Shown piece by piece: positions 8,057-18,397 of a stretch of DNA of 54,937 nucleotides. Every line of letters begins with the position of its first letter. The first letter of the stretch is position 1. The notes below the pieces were generated by a model that saw nothing but the letters and a program-made list of their open reading frames with translations, made no database searches and was not told the origin of the DNA. The DNA lies in assembly GCA_051745145.1 (NCBI GenBank), contig JBNJDT010000009.1, forward strand, positions 1-54,937. The letters are read 5' to 3'. The translations under genes were made by a program, and so were the position numbers. This DNA comes from Elusimicrobiota bacterium. Its GTDB lineage: Bacteria; CG03; SLGR01; JAGXOG01.

Positions 8057-8866
8057 ATGAATATTTCGGTTAGTCGCATTGCTAAAATAATATTGAGTTT
8101 AATCATATTTACAGCTATTCAGATCAGTGGAATCACATTTTTAAAAAAGGTTGAAGCTTCACAGAATGACTCTCAAAAAGTAAAAGAGAGTTTGGAAAAA
8201 TTACCTCCAGAACCATCTCCACCTTCTACGACGGAAAACGGGGAAGACAAATCCAGGGCCGAAAAAAATATAGATATGTTAGATGTACCCGAGGCCAAAG
8301 AAGTTATTTTGGATGTGTATACTGTAAAAAAAGGAGATACTCTTACGGGGCTGTCCAAGCGGGAATACGGTACCAAAGATTTATGGAAGGTAATATACAA
8401 TTATAACGATTATATAAAAGATTCGCATTGGATTTTTCCCGGAGATAAATTAATTTTACCCCGGTTTGTCAGTAAACTTCCCGAAGTACCTGAAGTTGAA
8501 GAAGAAACGGAAGAAAAAGATGAAGAAGAAAAGAAAGATAAAGAAGTTTTTCTGGCTCCTTTAGGGTTTGTGTTTGATGCTACGGTTATGGGCTTTGAAA
8601 ATTCTAATATGTTACAGGCGCAGGGGGATCATTTATTTATTGATGCGGGAAAAAATGACGGTATTAAAAAAGATCAGCAATTACATTTATATGAACAGGG
8701 TAGAGAAATATATCATCCCGAAACCGGAGATTTACACGGACGGATAGTAAGAAGAGTGGGCACTGTCCGGGTTACCGGGGATATAGAAGAAGAGACCGCA
8801 ACCGCCCGGGTGGTGTATACGTCATTGCCAATTGAAAAAGGGCAAAAATTACTGCTGGCCGAATAA
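8057..8866 (+). CDS. LysM peptidoglycan-binding protein with C-terminal beta domain (TsaP-like)
   Basis: LysM YTVKKGDTL...LWKVIYNYN..IKDSHWIFPGDKLILP; signal peptide; ATG 8057 follows AAGGAG; lies near dprA. Confidence 0.8.
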   Translation: MNISVSRIAKIILSLIIFTAIQISGITFLKKVEASQNDSQKVKESLEKLPPEPSPPSTTENGEDKSRAEKNIDMLDVPEAKEVILDVYTVKKGDTLTGLSKREYGTKDLWKVIYNYNDYIKDSHWIFPGDKLILPRFVSKLPEVPEVEEETEEKDEEEKKDKEVFLAPLGFVFDATVMGFENSNMLQAQGDHLFIDAGKNDGIKKDQQLHLYEQGREIYHPETGDLHGRIVRRVGTVRVTGDIEEETATARVVYTSLPIEKGQKLLLAE

Positions 8867-8966
8867 TTAACTTTACCGTATTGATTTTTAATTAATAACG
8901 ATTTCAGTTTTTTGGGTAACAATTCTTTGAGTTAAAAATGGAAACATTAAAATAAAAACTATAATT

Positions 8967-9707
8967 TTGAGTAATTTTAAATTTAATAAAATTATACCGG
9001 GTATTGTATTGGTTGCTGTTTTTATAAGTAGTGCTGATATTGCTTATGGCGGGTGGGAAATACTGATAAAAGAGTTTTCTCAAAAAGACAGGGCAGAAAA
9101 ATTTGTAAAAGAATTACAAAGTTCTAATATTAAAGTTAGATTAGAGAAGGAATATAAGTACAGGGTCTATGCCGGGGAATTTAAAAGCCGGGCAGCTGCC
9201 CTTAAAAAAGCCAAAAATATAAGGACTAAAACAGATTTGCCGGGGAAGCTGATAAGTAAAAAGATGCCGCTCGTAAAAAAGGTTGGCTCACTCCGGGACG
9301 GTGAAAAGAAGAATATTGAGACAGTAAAAGAATTGGAAATTCATATTGTTAAAAATGCTTTGGATTTACTGGGAACCGATTATATTTATGGGGGAGCTAC
9401 CCGAGAAATAGGGCTGGATTGTTCGGGTTTTGTTAAAAATGTTTTTCAGACAGCAGGTTTTAGGTTGCCCCGTATGGTTAAAGACCAAGTAAGTAGAGGA
9501 ACGAAGATCACTAAAGAGCAATTACGGCCTGGGGATTTACTTTTTTTTAAAACAGAGACCGGCAATATCGACCACGTCGGTATTTATTTAGGACAGAATG
9601 ATTTTATTCATTCAGCTCAAATATCGGGGAGGGTTAAAATAGATAATTTCAGCAGGAAATCTTACTACCGGAAAAATTTTGTACAGGCAAAAAGATTAAT
9701 AAAATGA
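8967..9707 (+). CDS. SPOR-like + NlpC/P60 (C40) cell-wall endopeptidase
   Basis: YIYGG...GLDCSGFV, PGDLLFF, HVGIYLG..DFIHS triad; N-terminal YRVYAGEFKSRAAA is SPOR-like. Confidence 0.9.
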   Translation: MSNFKFNKIIPGIVLVAVFISSADIAYGGWEILIKEFSQKDRAEKFVKELQSSNIKVRLEKEYKYRVYAGEFKSRAAALKKAKNIRTKTDLPGKLISKKMPLVKKVGSLRDGEKKNIETVKELEIHIVKNALDLLGTDYIYGGATREIGLDCSGFVKNVFQTAGFRLPRMVKDQVSRGTKITKEQLRPGDLLFFKTETGNIDHVGIYLGQNDFIHSAQISGRVKIDNFSRKSYYRKNFVQAKRLIK

Positions 9708-10087
9708 AAGAATTTAATAAAATCATAAAAGATGGTATTGAAAAAGAAGGGATAAGTTTGCGGGAATTAGGACGCAGGTCAGATTTGGATGTTTCTTTTT
9801 TATCTAAAATTTTAAATGGTAAAAGAAATCCCCCCCGAGAGGAAAAAGATCTGAGAAAAATAGCAAAGTCTTTAAAAATAACTCCGGAGAGACTTATTAT
9901 TGCCGCCGGTCGTATCCCTAAGAATTTGAGGCATATTTTCTTAAAGGAGGAATTTATAGATAAGCTTTTAGAAGAAAAAGCACCTGAAAAAATAATGGAG
10001 AATACTGATAAACGCGAAGAAACCTCCACCCGTGATTCTAAAGATAAACAATATTTTTCAAAAGATATTGAAGACGAACTGCTTTAA
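9704..10087 (+). CDS. XRE-family helix-turn-helix regulator
   Basis: GISLRELGRRSDLDVSFLSKILNGKRNPP; ATGA overlap with the upstream gene. Confidence 0.85.
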   Translation: MKEFNKIIKDGIEKEGISLRELGRRSDLDVSFLSKILNGKRNPPREEKDLRKIAKSLKITPERLIIAAGRIPKNLRHIFLKEEFIDKLLEEKAPEKIMENTDKREETSTRDSKDKQYFSKDIEDELL

Positions 10088-10102
10088 TATATAAAACAAT
10101 TT

Positions 10103-11200
10103 ATGTCAAAAAAAGTACTGATTTTGCAACTGCTTTCCACACCGGGGCTCGGAAATAGAATAATCAAGAAGATACTTGATAGTACTGAAAAAGCAGAAGA
10201 GATATATGAAGCTTCTCCGGGCAAATTAAAAAATATTACCGGTCTTTCTGACAATAAGATAAAAAAAATTCAACAAGCTTTAAAAGACCGGGAAGCCGGT
10301 AAAATTAAGCTGAAAAAAATCAAAGATAAGGGATATAAGATATATATTTATACCGGCAGTGATTATCCGGTAATGCTTTCTAAAATATATGACCCGCCGG
10401 TTGTCCTATTCTCGAAAGGAAAATTATTACCTGAAGATTTTAATAGTGTGGCAGTTGTCGGAACGCGCCGATGTACGGAATACGGAAAGCGGGCCGCTGA
10501 AAAAATTTCGCGATATCTTGTACAAAAAAATATCACTGTTATTTCCGGTTGCGCCCTGGGTATAGATTCAGTAGCTCACAGGGCATCTCTTGACGGAGGG
10601 GGGCGAACAGTTGCCGTATTGGGCGGGGGGTTGGACAAGCCCTATCCAAAGCAGAATAAGGGACTTATGGATAAAATTGCGGATAACGGAGCAGTTGTAA
10701 CTGAATATCCGCCGGATACTCCCCCTAAAAAACATAATTTCCCCCAGCGGAACAGAATAATAAGCGGACTTTCCCTGGGAGTAGTGGTGGCTCAGGCACC
10801 GTCAAGGTCGGGAGCGCTGATAACAGCTTATCAGGCCTTAGAACAGAACCGGGAAGTTTTTTCGGTTCCCGGTAATATATTTACAAAAAAGTGTAAAGGT
10901 ACAAATAAATTAATAAAAGAGGGGGCGCATCCCGTAACAGCGCCGGAGGATATTGTAGACGGCCTGGAATTTATTTTAGATAAGAAATTACTTTCTCATA
11001 GAGAAAAAAAGAATTTAGAGAATAATTTTTCCGGAGAAGCAAAAGAAATTCTTAAAATTGTAGGTGAAGAACCTGTTCATATAGACCGGCTAAAGCGGCT
11101 AACTAAAATGAGTACAAAAAAATTAATGACTGAATTGACCAGACTTGAATTACAGGGAAAAATTGAACAGCTTTCTTTAAAAAGATATGTTAGAAAATAG
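10103..11200 (+). CDS. dprA: DNA-processing protein DprA
   Basis: YP..L..IYDPP, VAVVGTR, ISGCALGIDS.AH, FPQRNRIISGLS, SGALITA, C-terminal winged helix. Confidence 0.97.
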   Translation: MSKKVLILQLLSTPGLGNRIIKKILDSTEKAEEIYEASPGKLKNITGLSDNKIKKIQQALKDREAGKIKLKKIKDKGYKIYIYTGSDYPVMLSKIYDPPVVLFSKGKLLPEDFNSVAVVGTRRCTEYGKRAAEKISRYLVQKNITVISGCALGIDSVAHRASLDGGGRTVAVLGGGLDKPYPKQNKGLMDKIADNGAVVTEYPPDTPPKKHNFPQRNRIISGLSLGVVVAQAPSRSGALITAYQALEQNREVFSVPGNIFTKKCKGTNKLIKEGAHPVTAPEDIVDGLEFILDKKLLSHREKKNLENNFSGEAKEILKIVGEEPVHIDRLKRLTKMSTKKLMTELTRLELQGKIEQLSLKRYVRK

Positions 11201-11202
11201 TA

Positions 11203-13344
11203 ATGAATAGAGATTTAATAATTGTAGAGTCCCCCACAAAAGCTAAAATAATAACAAAATTTTTAGGGGGAGAATATAAAGTAGTTTCCAGTAAAGGACA
11301 CGTCAGAGATCTTCCTGCAAAAAGGCTGGGGGTGGATGTCGACAATAATTTTGCACCCGAATATGAAGTAAACAAAAGAAAGAAAAGAATATTAAAAAAG
11401 CTTAAAAAACTGGTGAAAAATTATCAAAAAATTTATTTTGCCATGGATGAAGACAGAGAAGGGGAGGCTATCGCATGGCATTTGGCCGATATTCTTAATA
11501 TAGATTACAGCAGCAGCAGGGCCGACCGGATCGCTTTTCATCAAATTACGGAATCAACAGTAAGAGAATCTTTAAAAAACCCCCGGAAAATTTCTATGGA
11601 TCTGGTGAATGCCCAGCAGGCCCGAAGGATTTTAGATAGATTAGTGGGTTATAAAATTTCTCCTCTATTATCCAAGAAAATAAGAGTTGGTCTTTCAGCC
11701 GGTCGGGTTCAATCAATAGGTTTGTCAATAGTTGCCGAGCGGGAAAAGAAAAGACAAAAATTTAGTTCTCAGAAATACTATACTATTGAAGGGCTTTTGA
11801 CCGGCAGCGCTGATAAAGCAAAAAAAATTAAAACAAAATTATGGGGGAGAGACGGCAAGAAATACAAAAAACTGGAAATTCAGAAAAAACAGGCGGATAA
11901 AATTATAGAGGAGTGCGCAAATAAGAAAGCAGAAGTTACGAAAATTCAGAGGAATAAAAGAAAAAAGTATGCTAAACCTCCTTATATAACTTCAACCTTA
12001 CAGCAGGCGGCGTACAGCGCTTTGAAATTTACTCCGGCAAAAACTATGCGTATAGCCCAGCAACTGTATGAAGGTGTGGAACTTCCCGACGGAACTTCCA
12101 CCGGCTTAATTACATATATGAGAACGGATTCTTTTAAAATTGCCCGGTCAGCTATAGAGTCAGCCAGAGAATATATAAAAAATACCTATGAAGGAAAATA
12201 TCTTCCCCGATCTCCAAATACTTTTAAGTCTAAAAAGAGTGCTCAAGAAGCTCATGAGTGTATAAGACCGACGGCAGTAAAAAGAAAACCCGAATATATA
12301 AAGAGTACATTAACCAGAGATCAGTTTAAATTATATAAAATTATATGGCAGCGACTTATAACCTCCCAGATGAGTCCGGCAGTGGTAGAAAATATTACAG
12401 TTAAATTAAAATGTAAAAATTATGAATTCAGGAGTAAGGGCAAAAAAATTCTTTTTGACGGCTATACAAAATTGTGGTCTTCAAAGTGGAAGGAGAATAT
12501 TTTACCTCAAGTAACCAAAGGTGAAAATTATATTTGGGATACCTTAAAAGCAAAAGAGCATGAAACTAAACCGCCTCCCCGTTTTACGCCTGCTACTCTT
12601 GTCAAGAGATTGGAAAAAAACGGCATCGGTCGACCGTCCACTTATGCTTCTATAATAAAGACGCTTTTTAAAAGGAAATACGTAAAAAGTATTAAAGGAA
12701 GTCTGGCTGCCCGGGATATAGGGATTTTAGTGAACGACGTTTTAAAAGAGCATTTCCCCAGTGTAATGAATAAAAAATTTACCGCCCGCATGGAAGATAA
12801 ACTTGATAAAATAGCTGCCGGAAAGTTAGATTGGAAAAAAATGCTTAAAGGTTTCTATACAGAGTTTAAAAAAGAATATGAGAGTGCGGTTCAAAATATG
12901 GACAGATTAAAAGATCAGAAAATAGATAAAGAATGTCCCCGTTGTTCATCGCCGATGGTAATTCGGCGCGGGCGTAACGGTAAATTTGTAGCCTGTACTG
13001 CCTATCCGGATTGCAAACAGACGTTTCCGCTTGATGAAGACGGAGAAATCATAAAACCTAAAACTACTCAATATAAATGTCCGGAATGCGGCTCTTCCAT
13101 GGTAATCAAACGCGGAAAATACGGCAAATTTTTAGCCTGTTCAGAATATCCTGAGTGTAGAACTACCCGGGCGGTGGGAAAAAATGAAAAAGTAATAACT
13201 ATCCCCCTGGATTACCAGAAATGTCCTGAATGTGGTGAAAATACGGTGGTAAAAAGCGGCCCCCGGGGAAAATTTATAGCTTGTACGGCGTATCCTAAGT
13301 GTAAATTTACGATCAGTCTTAAAAAAGCTGATGGAGGAAAATAA
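11203..13344 (+). CDS. topA: Type IA DNA topoisomerase I
   Basis: IVESPTKAK TOPRIM, DEDREGEAI, SAGRVQS, GLITYMRTDS catalytic Tyr, QEAHECIRPT, three C4 zinc ribbons. Confidence 0.98.
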   Translation: MNRDLIIVESPTKAKIITKFLGGEYKVVSSKGHVRDLPAKRLGVDVDNNFAPEYEVNKRKKRILKKLKKLVKNYQKIYFAMDEDREGEAIAWHLADILNIDYSSSRADRIAFHQITESTVRESLKNPRKISMDLVNAQQARRILDRLVGYKISPLLSKKIRVGLSAGRVQSIGLSIVAEREKKRQKFSSQKYYTIEGLLTGSADKAKKIKTKLWGRDGKKYKKLEIQKKQADKIIEECANKKAEVTKIQRNKRKKYAKPPYITSTLQQAAYSALKFTPAKTMRIAQQLYEGVELPDGTSTGLITYMRTDSFKIARSAIESAREYIKNTYEGKYLPRSPNTFKSKKSAQEAHECIRPTAVKRKPEYIKSTLTRDQFKLYKIIWQRLITSQMSPAVVENITVKLKCKNYEFRSKGKKILFDGYTKLWSSKWKENILPQVTKGENYIWDTLKAKEHETKPPPRFTPATLVKRLEKNGIGRPSTYASIIKTLFKRKYVKSIKGSLAARDIGILVNDVLKEHFPSVMNKKFTARMEDKLDKIAAGKLDWKKMLKGFYTEFKKEYESAVQNMDRLKDQKIDKECPRCSSPMVIRRGRNGKFVACTAYPDCKQTFPLDEDGEIIKPKTTQYKCPECGSSMVIKRGKYGKFLACSEYPECRTTRAVGKNEKVITIPLDYQKCPECGENTVVKSGPRGKFIACTAYPKCKFTISLKKADGGK

Positions 13345-14228
13345 TGTCCCCCGGTGTAGTTGAAAATGATATAAATTCTTTTATGGAATATATTAAACGG
13401 GAAAAAAATTATTCTGAAAATACGCTGAGAGCTTATAGAACAGATATAAAAAATTTTGTTGAATTTTTAAAAAAAGAAAATATAACTACATTTAAAAATG
13501 TAGATCATTTTAGTTTGAGAGAATATCTCTCGCAATTGAGAGAAAATCTTAGCCGTTCAACTATGAACAGAAAACTTTCTTCTATAAAGAGTTTGTTTAA
13601 TTTTTTATTAAAAAACGATATAGTCTTTAGCGATCCTACCCGGAAAATAACTTCTGGAAAAAACAGAGAAATATATCCCGAAGTATTAACTAAAAAAGAG
13701 ATGGCGACTTTACTGAATTCTGTCTGTGGAAAAGGAAAATTAAAAATTCGAAACAGAGCTATATTGGAATTTTTATATTCAACCGGTTGTCGGGTGGCGG
13801 AACTGGTAAATCTTAATATGTCAGATATTGATCTTTTGGGGGGGACCGCTAAAGTGACGGGAAAAGGAGACCGGGAAAGAATAGTGCCGCTGGGCAGTAA
13901 AGCCGTTAAACATGTTCACCGATATATTGGCGTAAGAAGTACCGGCCCGCAGGCAGTATTTATTACAAAATCCGGTAATCGTCTGTCAGCCAGAAGTGTC
14001 CGCAGGATAGTAAAAAAAAGCGCGGCTATGGCCGGGATCAATAAAAATATAGGCCCCCATACTTTAAGACATAGTTTTGCCACACATATGTTAGAGGAAG
14101 GGTGTAATTTGAGAACAGTTCAGGAGTTACTGGGGCACAGGAGATTACAGACCACCCAGCGCTACACCCATTTAACCAGAAAAAGACTTAAGGAGGTATA
14201 CCTGCAATCGCATCCAAGAACAAGATAA
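13344..14228 (+). CDS. xerC: Tyrosine recombinase XerC
   Basis: YSTGCRVAEL, GKGDRER, HTLRHSFATH, LLGH, TTQRYTH; dprA-topA-xerC synteny. Confidence 0.9.
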   Translation: MSPGVVENDINSFMEYIKREKNYSENTLRAYRTDIKNFVEFLKKENITTFKNVDHFSLREYLSQLRENLSRSTMNRKLSSIKSLFNFLLKNDIVFSDPTRKITSGKNREIYPEVLTKKEMATLLNSVCGKGKLKIRNRAILEFLYSTGCRVAELVNLNMSDIDLLGGTAKVTGKGDRERIVPLGSKAVKHVHRYIGVRSTGPQAVFITKSGNRLSARSVRRIVKKSAAMAGINKNIGPHTLRHSFATHMLEEGCNLRTVQELLGHRRLQTTQRYTHLTRKRLKEVYLQSHPRTR

Positions 14229-14362
14229 ATTCTACAAATATAAATGTCCTGCGGGAAGAAACGGGCTGTACAAAAGAGGAAGCCCGCCGGTATTTAGAAG
14301 AAGCTAATGGCAATATAACTCTGGCGCTGAAACAGATTTCCCGGGATATAAAGCCTATAGGT

Positions 14363-15235
14363 GTGACAAAATGTAAGTTTCGCGCTGACAAAGTAAATAT
14401 ATATGGTTTATTGATGCTAATATATAATATTAGAGAAAACAGAATGCTCCGGTATGCGGCGGTTGCCGGCTGTAATCCCGAGATTTATGAAACTAACATT
14501 CAAAAGCAGTGGTTTACATTTGAGAAAGAGCTTTATTCCCGGCGGTTGAAAGACGGTAGTTTGAGGGAAATAACTCAGAGAATAGAGCAGGCTATAATTT
14601 TAAAAATTCAGGAAAAAGATCCCGGCAAATTTTACAGGTTGTTTAAAGAAAATAAAATAGAGCAAATTCAGCGGGATTTTAAAACTCAAGTAAAGGATGT
14701 TATAAAATACGATACCGGCCGGGAAGTAGCGCTCAATATAGATATAACCGGTGAAAAACTTAATTTACGGCAATTTAGGTATCTTACCGATAAAGATAAG
14801 ATAAATGATGAATTTAAATTGCACCTGGATGATCAGCAAACTTATCCCTCCTTAATTGCTCTGGATGTAGAATTTGTTAAAGACCAGGAAGAGATCCCTA
14901 AAAAAAGGCTGGATAAAGTTGAAGCAGGGGATATGTTGGTTACCCGTATCGTGGATATAAGAGATATCGGAATTTATTTATCATATCTTCTCGGCGGCAG
15001 AAAAAATGATAAGTTGGCGCCTCTTTCTGCACCGGCGGAGGATGTGAAAGAGACCGATGAAGGCATAGAAATAGTTGTCCGTTACGGTCCCGGTATAGTA
15101 GGACGATACCTGGGGAAACCTAAAGAGAAAATAAATGTAGTAAGCAGCTTAACTTCACCGCGGCGGTGGTGGCTTCTGGTTTTTCCTGCGGTTGTAATTA
15201 TCGGAATAATTTTATACTATTATTTGTCATATTAA
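14363..15235 (+). CDS. Hypothetical protein with C-terminal TM anchor; the frame extends upstream to ~14225 and encodes a UBA-like domain
   Basis: Long ORF ending in a hydrophobic helix; the in-frame upstream sequence reads INVLREETGCTKEEARRYLEEANGNITLAL. Confidence 0.75.
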   Translation: MTKCKFRADKVNIYGLLMLIYNIRENRMLRYAAVAGCNPEIYETNIQKQWFTFEKELYSRRLKDGSLREITQRIEQAIILKIQEKDPGKFYRLFKENKIEQIQRDFKTQVKDVIKYDTGREVALNIDITGEKLNLRQFRYLTDKDKINDEFKLHLDDQQTYPSLIALDVEFVKDQEEIPKKRLDKVEAGDMLVTRIVDIRDIGIYLSYLLGGRKNDKLAPLSAPAEDVKETDEGIEIVVRYGPGIVGRYLGKPKEKINVVSSLTSPRRWWLLVFPAVVIIGIILYYYLSY

Positions 15236-15264
15236 ATAAAAAATTATAGACTTAATATAAATTT

Positions 15265-16398
15265 ATGTTTAAATTTAAACTCAAAAAAAGTAAAAAGTAC
15301 CTAAAATACGGGCTTTTAATACTGTCCATGGTAGTTGTAGTGGGAGTAATTTCCGTAATTCTGGTCAATAGCTTAATGAACCGGGTAATACACAGCCGCA
15401 GAGAAGTAATTGTACCGGATATAACCGAAATGCCCCTTAAAAAAGCGCTGTCAGAATTATCGGAATATAATCTTTCTTTAATGAAAATAGCGGAAAAATA
15501 TAACTCCAATATTCCGGACGGAAGTATAATTACCCAATCTCCTCCTCCGGGGTTTATGGTTAAAGAAGGAAAACCGATAGAGGCAGTAATATCTACAGGC
15601 GGTAAAACTGTATTTGTCCCTGAGTTAGAGGGTAAATCTCTCCGGCAGGTAGAACTATTACTTCGGCAGGCCGGTTTGGATATAGGCGAACAAACCCGGA
15701 CTTATTCCAATTCAGTCAGAGAAGGACATATTGTAGCTCAAGATCCTAGAGACGGGGAAGTAGTCCAGGAAAATTCTTATGTCGATATTGTAGTCAGTAA
15801 AGGGCCCGCAAAAGAAAAAGAGGTAAAAAAGATGCCCGATCTTCTGGGGAAGGATATAAGAGAAGCGGAAAAAATTATAAATGATATGAATCTGAAGATA
15901 GAAAGCGTTAATACTAAACTTGTCGACGATAAGTCTGAAGGAATAGTGGTTAAACAAAGCCCGGAAGTCGACTATACCATAGTTAAAGATACCGAAGTTG
16001 TACTTACTATTTCAAGACGGGAGAGTGAAAAAAGAGTGGTAAGAGATGAAATTATTTATTATGAAGTGGTTCAAAGCGGACATCCCAAAGATATAAAGAT
16101 AGAGGTAGAAGATGATTTGTCGAAAAGAGTTGTATATGAGGAAGAGGAGATTTCCGGCGGTGCCCGCTTAGAAATTCCCGTTAAAGTTCTAGGAGATACA
16201 AAAGTAGAAATTTTTGAAGATGGAGTATTAAAAAAAGAAGATCTTTTAAAAGAAGAAGAATCAGAGAGTTTGGAAGAGGCGGATAGCGAAGAAGAAATTG
16301 AGCAGAATGACCAGGAAAAAATTGATGAAGAAATACAGAAAGAAGAAGAATCCCGTATTGAAGATATGTGGGATGAAACTGAAGAAAATTCTGAATAA
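15265..16398 (+). CDS. Membrane-anchored PASTA-domain protein (3 PASTA repeats, no kinase domain)
   Basis: N-terminal TM; repeats VPDITEM, VPELEGK, MPDLLGK each followed by Q(S/D)P..V.L.(I/V)S; acidic tail. Confidence 0.9.
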   Translation: MFKFKLKKSKKYLKYGLLILSMVVVVGVISVILVNSLMNRVIHSRREVIVPDITEMPLKKALSELSEYNLSLMKIAEKYNSNIPDGSIITQSPPPGFMVKEGKPIEAVISTGGKTVFVPELEGKSLRQVELLLRQAGLDIGEQTRTYSNSVREGHIVAQDPRDGEVVQENSYVDIVVSKGPAKEKEVKKMPDLLGKDIREAEKIINDMNLKIESVNTKLVDDKSEGIVVKQSPEVDYTIVKDTEVVLTISRRESEKRVVRDEIIYYEVVQSGHPKDIKIEVEDDLSKRVVYEEEEISGGARLEIPVKVLGDTKVEIFEDGVLKKEDLLKEEESESLEEADSEEEIEQNDQEKIDEEIQKEEESRIEDMWDETEENSE

Positions 16399-16431
16399 TT
16401 ATCAGCTGGTTTTGGAAATTAGGGAAGTATA

Positions 16432-17064
16432 ATGAAAATATCTGTATCTATATTGAATTTAGATTTTAGAAAACTGGAAAAAGAGATGAATAGAATCGAA
16501 AAAGGAAAACCAAATTCCTTTCATATGGACATTATGGATGGGCATTTAGTGGATAATATTTCTTTTGGTCCGGATATTGTAAAAACAGTCCGCAGAATAA
16601 CTGAATTACCTATACATTCTCATTTAATGATAACCAATCCGGAAAAATTTACAGATAGGTTTTTTGAATCCGGTTCCTCTACCGTTACTATACATGCGGA
16701 AGCTCTAACCCGGGAAAATAAAAGTCTTCTTAAAAAAAATAATTTGGGACTCTCTTTAAATCCCGATTACCCGGTAGAAAAAATATATCCGTATTTAGAT
16801 AAGGTTAAAAGGGTATTGATTATGAGTGTGTATGCCGGTTTTGGGGGCCAGAGTTTTATAGAAGAAAGTCTGGAGAGAATTAATAAGATTGCTGAAAAAA
16901 GAAAAAAGCGGGGCTTGGATTTTAAAATTTCAGTGGATGGCGGAATAAATGTCGATACTGCCCTCTTATGCAAACAGGCCGGGGCAGATGAAGTTTCGGT
17001 TGGGTCATATATTACTCGTTCTGATAATCCGGCAGGCAGAATTAAAGCCATAAAGAAACTTTAA
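16432..17064 (+). CDS. rpe: Ribulose-phosphate 3-epimerase
   Basis: HMDIMDGH, HLMI, IMSV.AGFGGQ, VDGGIN. Confidence 0.96.
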   Translation: MKISVSILNLDFRKLEKEMNRIEKGKPNSFHMDIMDGHLVDNISFGPDIVKTVRRITELPIHSHLMITNPEKFTDRFFESGSSTVTIHAEALTRENKSLLKKNNLGLSLNPDYPVEKIYPYLDKVKRVLIMSVYAGFGGQSFIEESLERINKIAEKRKKRGLDFKISVDGGINVDTALLCKQAGADEVSVGSYITRSDNPAGRIKAIKKL

Positions 17065-17166
17065 TTTTAAAAGACTTCCCCATTTTTTAACCTGTAGTTA
17101 ATGCCTATCTGTTTATGCTGATAAAACCGTGGATAAGTTAGTTAAATAAAACCCCCGTTGAATTTC

Positions 17167-17195
17167 TTGACAAAAATATAGCCATGTGTTAGTAT
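17167..17195 (+). promoter_or_regulatory. sigma70 promoter of the pilMNOPQ operon
   Basis: TTGACA-N17-TAGTAT with extended -10 TG. Confidence 0.65.
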
Positions 17196-17254
17196 TCCTA
17201 CAATGAAATTCAAGTTCTCAAAGAGAACTTTTAAGGAGATAAAATATAAAATTT

Positions 17255-18379
17255 ATGTCAATATTTCCCTTTGCAGGCAAAAAAGAAGTAGTCGGGATTG
17301 ATTTAGGGACCAGTAATATTAAACTTCTGGAGCTAAAATCTTCTGATGATCAGTTATTAGTTAAAAATTTTGCACAGAAAAATATAGCTGACAGGGGAGT
17401 ATGGGACAGGTCCCCTCAGGAGCGAAAGCAAATTTATATAGAAGAACTTAAGGGAATACTCGCCGATAATAGTTTTGGCACTAAGAATGCCGCGGTCTCT
17501 ATTTCCGGTAGTTCAGTAATAGTAAGATTTGTCAAATTCCCAAAGATGAGTCCCGAAGATTTGCAGAAAACTCTCCAGTTTGAGGCAGAGCCGCACATTC
17601 CTTTTAATATTCAAGAAGTTGATATGGATACTCAGATAATAGGGGATGTGGAAGTAGACGGTCAGATGATGATGGAAACAATTCTGGTGGCCAGCAAAAA
17701 AGATGTTATTCAGGAAGAGGTGGAGATAATAGAGCAGGCCGGGTTAAAACCCTCTATAGTCGATGTGGATGCGTTTGCACTGGAAAATGCCTATGATTTA
17801 GTAAATAAAGAGGCAAGTCCCAATATGATTGTTTTAGTTAATATAGGGGCTTCCACGACAAATATAAGTATTATAGAAGAGGGGGTTTCCAAAGTTGTCC
17901 GGGATTTATATACCGCCGGCAGGACTCTTACGCGGGCAATTATGGATGAATTGAATTTAGAGGGCCCCGATCCGGCTGAGAAATTGAAAATAAAGTACGG
18001 ATTGACCGGGAAAAATAATGCCGGTGAACAGGAACCGGCAGAATCCGGAAAATCTGAAGATGAAGCAGCGCAGGTTTACGAAATTTTATATCCGGTTGTC
18101 CGTGAACTTAATTCCGAGATACAGCGTTCAATAGATTATTTCAGCGGTCAGCAGGCAGACCATGAGGTAAATATAGAAAAAATCGTATTATCCGGGGGAA
18201 CAGCTTCTTTGAAAGGACTGTCGGATTTTGTCGAAGAAGATTTAGGTATTCCCGTCGAGATATTCCGACCTTTACAGAATGCAAATATAGATAAAGTTAA
18301 CGGAGATATAGAAAAAAAATCTCCCGCTTATGCAGTAATTACCGGACTGGCATCTCGTAAAATTGGGGATAATAAATAA
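17255..18379 (+). CDS. pilM: Type IV pilus assembly protein PilM
   Basis: Actin-like GIDLGTSNIK, FEAEPHIPF, VDVDAFALEN, NIGASTT, LSGGTA. Confidence 0.95.
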   Translation: MSIFPFAGKKEVVGIDLGTSNIKLLELKSSDDQLLVKNFAQKNIADRGVWDRSPQERKQIYIEELKGILADNSFGTKNAAVSISGSSVIVRFVKFPKMSPEDLQKTLQFEAEPHIPFNIQEVDMDTQIIGDVEVDGQMMMETILVASKKDVIQEEVEIIEQAGLKPSIVDVDAFALENAYDLVNKEASPNMIVLVNIGASTTNISIIEEGVSKVVRDLYTAGRTLTRAIMDELNLEGPDPAEKLKIKYGLTGKNNAGEQEPAESGKSEDEAAQVYEILYPVVRELNSEIQRSIDYFSGQQADHEVNIEKIVLSGGTASLKGLSDFVEEDLGIPVEIFRPLQNANIDKVNGDIEKKSPAYAVITGLASRKIGDNK

Positions 18380-18397
18380 ATTTAATTATTTAGAATA

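Noticed and set aside
13344..14228. Tyrosine recombinase as a mobile-element integrase
   Set aside because: Size, motifs and dprA-topA-xerC synteny indicate housekeeping XerC; no att repeats or cargo.
17090..17150. DnaA-box-like CGTGGATAA (17128-17136) and weaker variants, possible oriC
   Set aside because: Only one near-consensus box, a short spacer, no dnaA/dnaN context and no switch in gene orientation.
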